64,000 nt of DNA, taken from the NCBI GenBank assembly GCA_004022145.1, contig RCNU01000002.1; one strand, given 5' to 3'. Of this stretch, positions 1-12,864 are shown piece after piece. Made by a program: the position numbers and the translations under genes. This stretch comes from Paecilomyces variotii. Lineage: Eukaryota. Within the stretch, counting starts at the first letter, position 1. Each line of letters starts with the position of its first letter. The notes under the pieces are model-generated. The model had not been told where the DNA came from and made no database searches. It worked only from the letters and a program-made list of their open reading frames with translations.

Positions 1-738
1 TCTTCGAACTTGCGCTTCTGGCCGCTATTCTGAAGGGTTTCGGACGTCGCTCCATTCTTCTGATCATGTACGGGCGTCGCGGCTGGAGCTGGAGTCGGGG
101 TGGCCGTTGTGGCAGACGGGAGTTCAACGCTCACCTCAGACTTTGCATCGCTTGGGCGAGCCTTCTTGCCTCCTTTCTTGCCTTTCTTCCGCCGTGCTTT
201 CTTCTCTTCGGCCTGTTGTTGTCTTATCTTGGCAGCCTCCTCCCAAGGCTTCTCGCCACGAGCGATCTTATCCAGAAGGACTTTGTGGTTCTCGGGTTTG
301 CATTGTTCACAGAAGTATTCCGCCGGCTCTTCTCCTTTCGCGAAAGTGAGACCCATACAATCATTGTGCTGCCATGCTGAACACTTGTCACAACATATCA
401 TATCACGTTCCACGTCTTCCTCCTCCTCATATTCACCACAGATGCACCGGATGATTTCTTCCTCCTCGCTCGGTGCCGGGGTAGGTTCGGCCGAGGGTTT
501 GGGAGGTTTGTCCTTAGACTGAGATTTGGCCTTTGATTTCTTTGTCGGAACATCCGGCGTTAAATCGAGGTTCTTGTGCTGGCCCTTTGTGGCCCGTCCG
601 GAGCGTCGAGGTTCATCTGGTTTGTGGTTAGCTGCGTGCTCGTGTCTCAAAATCAGGGGATATCGCCAGAACGCCACCGCTCGCACGAGGGAGTTCTATG
701 ATCCCTTGGACTCGGGTATCTAATAGCTTACCAGCCAT
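1..738 (-). CDS. bye1: Bye1-like PHD-finger transcription factor, 5' part (truncated by window edge)
   Basis: ATG GCT G|GTAAG at 738-732, intron 731-617 (GCTAAC branch, CAG acceptor). Exon 2 reads DEPRRSGRATKGQHKNLD, then the PHD finger IRCICGEYEEEEDVERDMICCDKCSAWQHNDCMG...YFCEQCKP. Not in the ORF track. Confidence 0.8.
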
Positions 739-1404
739 GATGAGGATAGACAATAATGTATGACTCGAAATTCTACGACCAGAGCGATGTCTTGAGGTTG
801 TTGCGCCAGCGGGCAACTATCTTTCTACGGCATTGAAAAACTAGTAATACACGAGGTTGGAGAGACTGGACTGAAATACGAAATATCAGTCCGCTGTTGG
901 TATTATTCTTTTCCAACGGTTCCCGCGCGCTCCGGTGAAGATAAAGCGACCTCAGTGACCACGCGGTGCGCGAGCCTGCCGGTTGTCGCGAATCCTAATC
1001 CTGGGTGGTGTTACCGGCCTGGATCAACTCCAGTGGTAGTCAAATCGCGCGGTACTATTGAACGTATCGCGATGGAGATCGAATGCTCGAGTGGTGTGTT
1101 TCAGGCGTGGGTCTTGCTGAGGAGATGAGCTGAAGTCGAAACAGACGGAATTTGAAGTCGCCTCGCGCGACGAGCTTACCTAATAACTGTCACGTGAATA
1201 GAGGCTCCGCGGGGAGTCTTGGCAGCCGTCACAAGATCGGAGCCGCGCCCAGATCAAGGCTCAGCGGGTCATCATTCTCACCTCCAGCTCTTTTCCACTC
1301 GAACGCAACAAGACATTCACTGATCTCGGTTGTCATCACTCAGATCTTAAAATCTTAAAATTAGAATAACAAAGCATCCACTTCAGCCTTTGTGGTTACG
1401 CGCC

Positions 1405-2169
1405 ATGGCAGACGTACGATCGTTGCTGCGCAATGAGCTCGCCTCCCGAAGGGGTACTTCACAAGCAGGCCCCTCAAAAACGCGACTCAACAAGAAGCGC
1501 AAGGTTGATGCTGACGACAATATTACGCGCAAGAAGCTAAGGCCTGCTGGTTCAGGTGCTGCGCGATTACCACCAGATACGGGAAAAGTTGAACCTCCCA
1601 GCGCAGAGGCTTTCAAGGACGAAGAATTGGGGGAAGAAGAAGAACATGCTGGAGTCGAGCCTCCGCCAGAGGACACGGATCTCGAAGCGCGTGATACAAG
1701 TGATACTGCAGCGGCAGGTCAAAGTAACCAGGCCATTGACGAGGATGAGTGGGCAGCCTTCGAACGCGAAGTAGCCTTGCCGACACGCGTACCTCAAGCT
1801 ACTATACCTGCTGCTGCCGCAGCAGCTCCGACAATCTCAGCAGCACCGATGACCGCGGAGGAAATAGCCGCGCAAGAAAAGCAAGACAATGAATCAATAG
1901 CACGCGCGCGGGAAGCGGAAGCAGAGGGGGAGCGTGAGGACGCGGCCCGGTTCCTCGAAGAAGAGTTTGATGAGATGGATCAGTTGGAAGAGCGAGTGAG
2001 ACGATTGAAGCAGAAAAGGGAAGAGCTAAGACAAAAGAAGGCAGCAGATGAGGAAGAGGCGAAGGCCCTGTCTAGCGCGCCTTCCGGGGAACAGAGACGA
2101 GACCAAGCCGGGGCTGAGAGCGAAAGTGACGAGGATGACGATGATTGGGATGATTGGAGATTCAGGTAG
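1405..2169 (+). CDS. Acidic coiled-coil nuclear protein, ZNF830/CCDC16-like
   Basis: ORF from MADVRSLLRNE with DEDEWAAFERE, a coiled coil (EEEFDEMDQLEERVRRLK) and C-terminal DDDDWDDWRFR; family call from memory. Confidence 0.6.
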   Translation: MADVRSLLRNELASRRGTSQAGPSKTRLNKKRKVDADDNITRKKLRPAGSGAARLPPDTGKVEPPSAEAFKDEELGEEEEHAGVEPPPEDTDLEARDTSDTAAAGQSNQAIDEDEWAAFEREVALPTRVPQATIPAAAAAAPTISAAPMTAEEIAAQEKQDNESIARAREAEAEGEREDAARFLEEEFDEMDQLEERVRRLKQKREELRQKKAADEEEAKALSSAPSGEQRRDQAGAESESDEDDDDWDDWRFR

Positions 2170-2357
2170 TTATGTCAGGGCTGGATGATTTCCTTTACGC
2201 CATGTAATAGTACTATATTGATACCCCTGTGAAAGTATCCGAGTGTATTGGGCAGAAAAGTTGGATGGCTGGCATGTGCTTTGCTACAGCCCGCAAATGC
2301 GAGTATTTCATCATATATGTTCATAGTAAGTGTGATATATACATCATAAGCAAGGGA

Positions 2358-4139
2358 TTAATCAGCCGCGCCCTCTGGTTTATCTCGTACAGACTCATTA
2401 TTAGACCCCATATGGCTCATCAGTCCCTCCTTGCCAACTTTCATAGCCATTTCAACCTCTGCTTCCCCCTCCCGTAATAGGTTCTTACCACGCAGCAGAT
2501 CACCCCTCTGTCTCCTCTTTTCTTCCTGCACCCTCTTCTCACGCTCTGCCAGTGCCTTTTCGCGCTTTTCACGTTCCAAATTCTTTTTGTCCAATTCTTC
2601 TCGCTCCTCGGCGGTTATGTTCTCGTTCTCTGGTGCAGGAGGCAAAGTTGAGATGTATGCTTCAATAAGTGGGTCGCGCACCTTTGGCGGAAGAGAAATG
2701 TACCGGATATCAGTAAGAACAGGCGGAGGAAGTGCTTGGATATTCGATGACCTGTTCAATAAATGCAGCGGAACAGATTTTAGCAAGCTAGAGAGATCTG
2801 ACTTCCTGGTGCTTTCCGGAAGTTTGAGTTGCGATATGTGCTCCCTGTAGAATTTCTCCTTATCCTTGTCTGAGAGCTTCGTGTCTTTCATCTCTGGTTC
2901 TTTCCTGAACTTCCGCTTGAACTCAGGCCAGTAGAGTTTGGGTGTAGCATGTTCCTGGAGGAACGCGAGGTACCGAATTCTGGGGTCTTTTTTCTCTTGC
3001 TTTTCCTTGCGTTCCTTCAGATCCTGGATACGGTCTCGGCTCCAGCTCGACCATGCTTCTCGCCTTGACTTCATATTGGGCAGAGCCGTATATCTGCTGT
3101 CCTCTATGATCCGTCCTTCTTCGATTACCTTTTCCCACGTCGTAAAAGGATTGATCTGAAAGTCATCGAGAAGGTCACGGAATAGCGCTATCGCATCCTC
3201 TTCTGTGAGTGGTAATCCTTCGGCACCTTCTTCCCATGCCTCCTCGCCCGGCTCTCCATATTCACCGGGATCCAACCCGTATTCTTCGCCCATTGCTGCA
3301 AGTTGATATTCAATATCCTCTTCGTTGAACTCTAGCGGCTCATCTTTGGGGACTTCGTCCTCCGTTCTGGCACGCTTCGATGGCTGCTCTTCGCCTTCGC
3401 TATCTGTGACTTCGACCTCTTCATATTCATCGCTGTCTTCGAGGCCACCGGCTACTGTTTCGGCTTCCGCCTTCTCAGGCTGAGAGGGCGCCGTGGAGAC
3501 TTCACGTCTATCTGCCGGATCGTGTACATCTTCCTCTTCGGTCTCCTCGCCACGTTCTCTCCTCTCTTTCTTCTCTCTTTCGATGCGATCATATTCCACC
3601 ACCCCTTTCAAAACCTCTTGAGGAAATTTCCAGAAACTCTCATTTGTCTCTGGATTATGTACGAATCGTCTCCCCAGTTTTGTCTTAACCAGCAGCCAGG
3701 GAGCACAACCTGGGATTGGGTGTTTTGATTTCGGTCTGTCCTCTGGTTCCCGGCGCCTTCGGTCCTGATAATTTCTTCCCCCTTTGAATCCTCCACGGCC
3801 TGGTCCATAGTGACTGGGAAATGCCCCAGTAGTACCAAATCCTGCCGGTCCATACGGGTGCGAAGAAAACGGAGGAAGATTTCCCGGAGCAAAGTATGCT
3901 GGGTTTTGCTCCTGTATAGGTTGAGGGACTGTTTGGGGCGCAACTGGAGGCGCAGTAGGTCTTTTATAGGTCGATTGTTTTGTCTCTGCGTTGTAATAGT
4001 ACGTATGCCCTGGAAGCGCGTTAATGGTAACGAATCATAACCAAACAGTCATGTTCATGAAGAACAAACCTGATGGTGCTTTATGCTCGGTCCATCCAGG
4101 TGGTAATGGAGGCGGCGGAGTATAGGTGGATTTCAGCAT
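2358..4139 (-). CDS. WW- and FF-domain protein (TCERG1/Urn1/Dre4-like splicing/transcription factor), 2 exons
   Basis: MLKSTYTPPPPLPPGWTEHKAPS, intron, GHTYYYNAETKQSTYKRP (WW domain). FF domain ALFRDLLDDFQINPFTTWEK...DSRY...SRREAW in ORF 2358..3611. Confidence 0.8.
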
Positions 4140-4255
4140 CGCTCAATTAACAGCGCAGCCAAACGGGGGAACCTTCAAACGAAACCTGCCGCTCCCGTGT
4201 GGGATGAGTGCTGCGTAGTAGTGATTGCGCAGGGCTCAGGAACGATCTATGTATC

Positions 4256-4450
4256 GGAGCTTTCTTTCTATGGGGCGGGCGAAGCTGGAGAACTCAGATG
4301 GTCCGAGCTTGGCGGATGATGCTTAGCCTGGGCGGACGCGCGAGCGAGTTGCCTGAAGCTCGACCAAACCTCCAGCTTGCTCCGACCAACTCCCGCCCTC
4401 TCATCTAGCAATCTCCCAGAACCCCGCCACCTCCTCTGACTTCAGGAGCT
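4256..4450 (+). promoter_or_regulatory. Possible Rpn4-type proteasome elements in the divergent promoter of the proteasome gene
   Basis: GGAGCT at 4256-4261 and 4445-4450, plus CCGCCACC (reverse GGTGGCGG) near 4424-4431. Short motifs that could be chance. Confidence 0.3.
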
Positions 4451-4487
4451 CATTTAATCATTACTAGTCACCTGGAGTCCAGACACG

Positions 4488-5449
4488 ATGTCGAGAAGAT
4501 ATGATTCAAGGGTATTTTCATGCACCTTCGGTCCTTGCTTCTGCGGGTGAGCTCTAGCTAACGCATCCATGCTGAATGACAGACTACGATCTTCTCGCCA
4601 GAGGGCCGTCTCTACCAGGTTGAGTATGCTCTCGAGGCTATTTCGCACGCGGGTACAGCTCTAGGCATCCTCGCAAAGGATGGCATTGTTCTCGCTGCGG
4701 AGCGAAAGGTGACCAGCAAGCTGCTGGAACAGGATACGTCAGCCGAGAAGCTTTACATACTGAACGAGTAAGGAGTTTAAGCTGAACTATTACCTGGGTC
4801 TTGCCAGCGCATGCTTACTGACGGCTTATATTAGTAATATGATATGCGCCGTCGCCGGTATGACTGCCGATGCTAACATTCTCATCAACTACGCCCGTCA
4901 AGCGGCTCAACGTTATCTCTTGACCTACAATGAAGAGATCCCCTGTGAACAACTCGTCCGCCGTCTATGCGACCTGAAGCAGGGATACACGCAACATGGT
5001 GGTCTCCGTCCTTTCGGTGTTTCTTTCATCTACGCCGGCTACGACCCACACAGGCAGTTCCAGTTATATCAAAGCAATCCAAGCGGCAACTATGGTGGTT
5101 GGAAAGCCACTAGTGTTGGTGCAAACAACGCCAGTGCGCAGAGTCTGTTAAAACAGGATTACAAGGAAGACTGTGATCTGAAGGAGGCATGCGCCATGGC
5201 CGTCAAGGTATTGAGCAAGACGATGGATTCAACGAAGTTGAGCAGTGAAAAGAGTCAGTAATTCAGTTGCCGCTCTTCTTTGACTATCCATGGCTGACAG
5301 TATCTCTAGTCGAATTTGCAACAGTAGGAAAGACCAAGGATGGGAAGATCTACCACCACCTGTGGAATGCGGATGAAATCACCGCGCTGCTAAAGCAGCA
5401 TGGCCTGGCCAAGGAGGACGAGGAGCCGGAGGCTGGGGAGATTAAATAA
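4488..5449 (+). CDS. pre9: 20S proteasome subunit alpha-3, 4 exons
   Basis: [32 protein letters not shown], then [16 protein letters not shown] and [18 protein letters not shown]; canonical introns. Confidence 0.95.
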
Positions 5450-6749
5450 ATGATAATGATTCTTGTTTGGTTTCATTGGGACACTATGATCGACGTGGTC
5501 CGCCATCAGGGCCCGTCAACACCCTGTAGCCGTGACGGTGATCTTCAAGGTGACGATTAGCGATCTAGGCATATGACTCTATCTCTCTGATCTCCCATTG
5601 AAGCAAAATCTTTTGAAATGTCCAATGAATCTTTCTCGGTTGCGCGAAAGCAAGCTGCAAGTAATCACTCCCGCATCACAAGCGCGACTGCCATGACGTG
5701 GCGATCAAATACGGGAAGCTGAGCGCCAAATAGTTCTTTATCCTGGATTATTCTCGACTTTAGACTCCATATGAGTTCTGTTGCAACATGAAATAGTCGA
5801 CTTATTGGTGCGTCCACGTATAATGTAAGAACCAACTCATGTGAGAAGACACTGGATATATTAGACCGCTGCGCACCCATCTATTCCCTACTATTCAAAT
5901 ATACTGTACATTTTAAGATCTTGATAGTTGTTTCTTTGGACACTGCTCGTCCGCAAGAAAAATTACCTTCATTCTCTAACTACTATGTCTCTCAGGATAT
6001 TACATGCGTCTGTCCTGGCCATGGGGGGTTGAAACGCCGAAAGAAGAGAGTAACTAATCTCTCAGTTGCCTAACCAGCTCCCATTCCTGGTCTCCAAACA
6101 AGCAGTACTGTCATTCCACAAAACAACGTCAAGAATCTCCCTCTTAAGGAAAGTAGAGGAATTCCCTAAGAATTAAACCCAACCTCTGCTAATAACGACG
6201 ATCATGTGATATAGTACTAGATACTTGGCACGTGACTTAGATCCCGTGGGGTTCTGTCGTCACGTGGTGAACGCATCCCTAAAAGGTCTCCCAACAACAG
6301 TCCATATCATACCTCCTACCCATTTAATCCTGTCTTCATGTCGACAATGGAACCACTCCTCTCCTCAATTCTTTGAGAGAAGCTGCGGACATGTCGTGAG
6401 TAATTTGAGTTATCGCTAGTATACGCATTGTCTCGGTACGATGATCTATATTTACCTCGGCGAGCCGCGCATTGACTCTTGGGCGCTTAACAGATGAAAC
6501 TGCTCAATTCTATTGGCAGACACAATGATTCAACATATAATGAAACAGGATACAAGATCTCTCTGCGAACCTTCAGCTGATCCACTCACCGGTTCCCCCA
6601 GTTCCCTCACGAACGATAGGAAACGATAGGACAGAAGATATTACCCGAAATTTATGAAACAGGAATTGCGTTTTAACGCGTTGAAAGAGACACTGGATCC
6701 CTGATGACGCTGGAAACCCACTGGTTCTTGAGTCAACTGCCACCATCGT

Positions 6750-7085
6750 TCAGCCAAGCGCTTTCCTCCGGGTTTCCCGTTCATTCTGCAGCTGGCGGAT
6801 TTCTTTATCAAGTTCCATGATGACCTTTCGTGATCGGTCCATGGATGCTACCAGGGTACCCCCCTCGCGCTTCCATCTTTCCAACCTCTCTAGTTCTGCA
6901 ACTCGACGGCGATGTTTCGTCTCAATCTTTTCGCAGAGACGGCACTTCGTGGGCTCAAACTCAGTGACGTTGACGAGTCTCATGCCGCAGGTTTCTCCGG
7001 TTCGATACTCATAATTGCACTGGTGGGCGAAGCTAGTCCAGCTCCAGTCTCCACATGCGAACCGCTTTTGGTTGTAGAAGCACAT
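6750..7085 (-). CDS. Small Cys-rich/coiled-coil hypothetical protein (111 aa)
   Basis: MCFYNQKRFACGD...QCNYEYRTGETCG...KCRLCEKIETK then a coiled coil. A likely 5'-UTR intron lies at about 7088-7132 (GCTAAC, TAG). Confidence 0.7.
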   Translation of the reverse strand: MCFYNQKRFACGDWSWTSFAHQCNYEYRTGETCGMRLVNVTEFEPTKCRLCEKIETKHRRRVAELERLERWKREGGTLVASMDRSRKVIMELDKEIRQLQNERETRRKALG

Positions 7086-10000
7086 GCCTATCAGATCAGT
7101 TAGCGATGAGCAAGCTTGGGGCCTTATCAAACCTACTTGATCTATCCGAGGAAGGTGTTTCAGCTTCTAGTTCCCTGACTATTGGTTGGGCTTTTCCGGC
7201 TCTCTCTTCAAGAACGATTGATAGGTTGTGCTTCGACGTCTTCTTCACACGCTCCCCAGGATCTGAGGGGTAACTTGATGCTCCTTTCTAGTGCACAGTA
7301 TCGAACTGCGATGACTGCTCGAAGGCTTTCACTTCAAAATCACTTATCCAGGAGAACGATCATAGCGGACCAGGTCTCATATTTATGTTTCAAGATGCGT
7401 TACTGTCTATTTGTTCCGACTTCGACACCCCACCGTTGTCGATCAACATGCTCGTCAACGTGGGCTTACTTTTGGTGTATTACTTTATATCGCCCCAGTA
7501 CGTCTTTATGCATTATCGTTGGGTACTATCATCCCTCCCGTGGCGGCGATGTCGAATGCTTAGGGCATGTTCGATCACCCCTGGTTTGAATTTCACCTGC
7601 AGCTTCGCGGACGCATGCAAGACCTGAAAGTCGTGGCATGGAATTACCCTTGATTGTACTGGAATATCGGGAAAATCCCCGCATTACCTGAACCTGGGTG
7701 TTTCATTGAGTTGGCGTAACAGTGTTGTCGACCTCGCCATAACCCCCGCTCATCCTGTTTACCTTCCAAATAGAGATACCATCTTGGGCAGGGGCCATCG
7801 AACCCGAAAGTCCGATTGACCTTGTGCATGGAGACCTAGCGGACAAGTCGTGCCACCTGTCTTGGTTGCTCATTCCAGCCGCTTTTCATTCATGGATACC
7901 TTGTGTGTGTATTGCAGGGGAGTCGCATCATTTTTTTATTCTTCACATAGCAGATACCGACGTCTGTGGCCAGATGCCAGCCCTCGCGAACGTAGCATGC
8001 GCCACCTGTTCGTACCTCTCGTTTGCCTTCCGTCTGTCCTCCATTTAGTGGCGTACTAACCTTTCTCTGATGCGTTGTCAATGTCATGCTTCTCATCAGT
8101 TGTCAGATCCTTGTTGGAAGCACTGGCACTGGGTCTTGCTCAGAGAGGATGCCTTTGCACTTCCTGTTCTTCTAGGCTCCCTCTCAAGCCGACTGCTAAT
8201 ATGGCCTGCCTTACGTCCCAGCGTTTCGGCCGCATGTCGACCTTATGTAACATCCCATAAGAACTATTATCATTTGGACCCAGAGGCCTAGCTTCGAACT
8301 ATTCCTAGAACAGGCTTCTGACTTTCGTACCCGATGATCCGGGCGTCTTTTTCTCATTATGCGCATCATGCAAAACAATTATTGCATTCTAAGATGGCTA
8401 CTGTTCTCGACGCCACATTAGTTGTCTGCAGGGGAATGCTCAAACCACAAATCTCCCCGAACCCAGTTCTCTTCAGCTGACCTCTCAAATCTGCAGAACC
8501 TCCATCTCGCATTGGGCTCCGCCTAAGTGCAGTGTCCATTTCCAGATCCATGTTTCTCTAACACAGTATGATAAGAGCCTATGCCTGAGCATCAACTAGG
8601 AAGGCACACAGTCTGTGACACGGTACAACTGCTGTTTGGACCACCTGAGTCTGCATTAGACCTCTCCCATTATCTGACGTGGCGAAGCATGTCTGGTGCG
8701 GCTTCTGAAGAGTCGCTATTACTCCCCAGGGTTCCTGGATATAGATGAGGCGAAAACTATGCCCCAGACTATTCAGCAAAATTAGTAACGTGAACGATGT
8801 GTGCTGTGGCATGAAACTACAGCTAAGGAGGTTCAATGCATTGTGCCCAGGAACTTTCCAGTGTACGTCATGAGGTGCATCATCGTCCTTCTGTTCATGC
8901 AATTCACTACTTTGACAGGGGACAACGGCCCGAATTCGTCTGGAAATTACATGTCCAGCATGAGGGGGGTGATTATACAGCGACCACTTGCCAACTCAGC
9001 GGGCGTGCGAGTTTCGACAACCTACTCTGAGATGATGGAGACGGGGATTCGGACGCAACAAGGAGATGATCGGTGTTGGCGGCTTGGACTAATACTCATT
9101 CGCCACCTTTTCAAATTGCTTTTGCTTCCGCTATTTTCTGCCACGTTCAGTTCTCACTGTTACAGTTAATATGTCTCCGGCTCAGAGCACTGCCATATTG
9201 CACGCTAATCGTCCGAAGGCGTTGCAAGTCACCCAATGGCACGCACTGTCTCTTCCACGGCAAACATCTTTCATAGTGTACAGATTTCAGGGTTCGGTGA
9301 GTGCCGTTATACGACTGCTAGAGATCTTATATTTGGTTATTAGATGGCGTGCGGGAACCATCTACATGTCCCATTCAGCTGGGCCCTTTTGGTAATCGTG
9401 GTCGTGGGTCCAGGCGGAGCTGATTGTGAGCCTTCTGTTACTGCGACCAATGGTGCTTTTCACAAGACATCTGGCTCTTATGATCCGCTGCTCTGGATGG
9501 TCGCTCCAATCTATGCGGGTTTTCTATTGGGCTATATTTCCGTGCATGCGATTATCCCGCTGCAAACGCTAAGTAAACACCCAGCCATTTCCGAGGATAT
9601 GCAACTAGGAAAGCTCCTGTTATTCAGAATCCCAGTGTACGGGATATAGCTTAAGGCACACAAAGTCTATTAACACCCCTGCATGCTCGGGATCCGTTTC
9701 AGTCGTTCGAGCTGTGGGCTGCACCAAATATCAGAGATCTTCTCCGAGCCCACCTGTTACTGTGCATAGTCTGTTTCTGGGTCTTCGATTCTATGTGGCT
9801 CATTTCTGTCGCAAGCTCATTGGTGCCACATTTCGTGATAAGTGTTCAGCTCGTCACCTAGTTTCATCCGAGTCTTACAGCTGGTTCTATACAGAACAGA
9901 GCTAAATCATTTGATATCTGTGACTTGGCATGGCTACCCTCTCCACGGTATGTCTTTTACGTGTCAAGGGGGGGTATAATGAGAGTCGCAACATGCCCAT

Positions 10001-10918
10001 AGATATTGGAATGCTTTTACAATGCGCTTCACTTCAGGCATGATACATTACCTGCCTGCGCGAATTTTCACTTTCGGTAACTCAGCCTCGCATTACGGAC
10101 TCCTCTGCACCGGCCGGGCTTCTAAGTGGCATTTCATCCTGGAAGCATTCGTTTCGTCAAATGCCAAGTCTATGAAAGAACTCTCTTTTGAGGTAAGGGA
10201 AGCCTCTGATGTTGGGTTATGCCGGTTCGTCACAGGAAGATCTTCATGTTAGACACTCACACATGCAGACTCCCTACTTACCCGACGTCACTTGGAAGTT
10301 CGATACGATAGCCGTAGCTAGCATCGAGTCCTTCAATCCGGCCCATTTTGCCTTTTGCTCTCCGCCAGAGGGGGAGTAGGGGAAAGCTGAGAGAATAAAG
10401 AAAGATGTAGACAGGAGTCACTAAAGTAGAAGAGGTCCCGTGGCCATCAATCTTCATGATCCATGATTGGTCTCCAGTGCCAATTTTTATATCCACAACA
10501 CCTTCACGCGTATAATATTAGCACACTTGATCTGCCTTGTTTGTGTAGATATGTCCATTGTCGACAGATTGGCACGTGATGATAACAAGATGCTGCAGGT
10601 CCGCCGTGACGTCACCATGACTTTGGCAACCAAAACCACTCGAGCTCCCCAGAACAGGCACATCTCGCTTTTCTTCAACATCTCTTTGGCTCGAGCTGAT
10701 TATCACGGTCAATTGATGTAAGTCACAGTCATTCGATAGACATGTTTTCTACTGAGAACTAATCACTCATCTTGCCTCAGCAGCCAACGGAAACAATATA
10801 TATTCATTATCTCTTGTCTGTCGTGGATTAGGTGTCACAAGATCTCGTACCATAGTCATTGACACAGCTTCGAAAAGAATAAGAGGAAAAGGAATCACAG
10901 AAACCGCTCAATTCTACA

Positions 10919-11350
10919 ATGACGAACCCAATTGCTTCGCTCCGCCATATTGGCCGCATGGTCCGCGCTCCAGCCGTGGATTTCAGAGGCACACGAAGTT
11001 TTGGTACGAGATCGACATTGTTCGCTGAGTCGAGCCAGAAGAGCATCGACCGTAATGAGCTGAAGCCCGAACGGAGCGAGTATTCGAAGTCCGGAACCGA
11101 CGACGAGGTAGCTGGTCATCCATCAGCTTTTGACCCATCGAAGACGTCACCCGAAAGTGAGGTACAAGCTTCGTGCGAGGAGACTCGACAAGAAGGGAAG
11201 TCTAGCAATCCTCTGAATGTCAGCCCTGGAAACAAGGACGTCAGTCAGGCACGCGACCCGACAGAGGGCGGAGCAGATGCGAGTACTCCACACTCGCCGA
11301 GTTCGCGAGGAGCACCACCGAAGAACAAGCAGGTAAACAAGCCGCATTGA
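10919..11350 (+). CDS. Hypothetical protein, possibly mitochondrial (143 aa)
   Basis: Arg-rich presequence-like N-terminus; ERSEYSKSGTDDEVA...AFDP..TSPESE...NPLNVSPGN resembles a conserved Pezizomycotina hypothetical family. Confidence 0.65.
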   Translation: MTNPIASLRHIGRMVRAPAVDFRGTRSFGTRSTLFAESSQKSIDRNELKPERSEYSKSGTDDEVAGHPSAFDPSKTSPESEVQASCEETRQEGKSSNPLNVSPGNKDVSQARDPTEGGADASTPHSPSSRGAPPKNKQVNKPH

Positions 11351-11640
11351 GCATCATGAATAAGATGAATATTGTGCGGCCAGGAGATGGGGTAGCTTGA
11401 GATGAGGGACTGCGCATTTCTGTACTTTTTTTTTGCAAAATGTTTGCATATCAATGGTCGATGCTGAACATATTAGAGATACTCCTGTTTCTAGAGAATT
11501 ACAAGCATACAACTGTGAACGGGATATCAAGCGTAAAATGGTGCCAGTGTAGGAATGTAATGATCGAGCAAGCACATAAATTAATGCAACACTCTCAAGC
11601 AATTACTGAGCGGAGAATAACGGCGATCCTAATATAGCAT

Positions 11641-12437
11641 TTATGCGGGATCTTTCCACTCTGTCCGCCCCAGGCGGATGATGTCACTTCCTCCAAGCAC
11701 CCAGACCTTCTCGTTGCCGGAGGGAACGTCCCCTTCTAGAGCTTTAAGACCTGCATTAACCGCAGCCTTGGCGATAACATCTGAGTCTTGGGCCCAAGTG
11801 TCTTTAAGGGCGGAGTGCACCTTGCCTGCGACGCCAGCAATGAATCGGAACACCGCCTCGGTGGGCCGGCTCTCTTCGCGTTGACCAGAGATCAGGCCTG
11901 GTCGCAGGATAACGGTTTTTTCGAAACCGAGCGCTTTTACATCCTCCTCAATTTCACCCTTCATGCGCGAGTAGGGGATGGAAGAGGTTTTGCTCGCGCC
12001 GCTTGAAGAGATGAGGACGTACACCTTCACGCCGGCATCGCGCGCAGCACGCGCCATCTCCACGTTCAGGCCATGCTCTATCTTATACTGGTTCTCAAAA
12101 CCGCCAGCTGCAGCGCGTGTTGTACCAAAAGCGGAGAAGAATATTGAGGGTGGTGGAGTAAGGGAAGAGAGCTGAGAGGCCCATCGAGAAGTATCGGCAT
12201 CGACGATGGTGGTTAGCTTAGCAGGAGGAGCGGCGGAGGCTGCGGGTGGTGTCCGCCTGGTAATAGAATCGATGCGTGAGATGGAAGGATGTGCGAGAAG
12301 GGTGCTCAGGATATGGGAACCCTAGATGATTAGGATGCGCTGATCAGTACTCAAGCGAACTCCCTGAGGATGGTTGGTAATATGTCAGCAGAACATACCA
12401 CCATACCGGTGGACCCGATTATCGCAACGGACGCCAT
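11641..12437 (-). CDS. fmp52: Fmp52/HTATIP2-like NAD(P)-binding protein, 2 exons
   Basis: [22 protein letters not shown] (Rossmann GxxGxxG), [34 protein letters not shown]. Confidence 0.88.
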
Positions 12438-12864
12438 AGCGATGCCTTATGTGTGTACAACTGATGCTTTAACGTCAAATGAGGTGATGAATGAGATGTA
12501 GCAGCTCTGTAATTCAGATAGGAGACTGTCTCTGCGACGTTGGATGTTTTATGGAGGATCAAGATAGGGCTGTCGCATCCACGTGCCGGAGGCATTACGT
12601 GACTGCAGTTCTGCCTCGACTTACCGCTTTTGGTACGATGAGTCAGCAACGAATGCCAAGATCTTTATCGATAAGAAATTGCGTGATCGAGACTAACCGT
12701 ATACGGAAAGACGCCCTGTCTCTCGTCCGATAGTTTGTCGTTTTTTTTATATATCCAGGCGGGATTTGCCTCGTTTCCCCTCATTCTTTCTCTATTTATG
12801 CCTCTGAGCCTCAGATATCTGGTTCTCTGATCTAGGTATCTCTGGTTTTTGACTCATTTTCAAC

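Noticed and set aside
66-522. Plus-strand ORFs at the window start
   Set aside because: Antisense to the bye1-like exon.
12580-12690. CACGTG and bZIP-like sites upstream of met10
   Set aside because: Only partial matches to the MetR/Cys3 consensus; too short to support a call.
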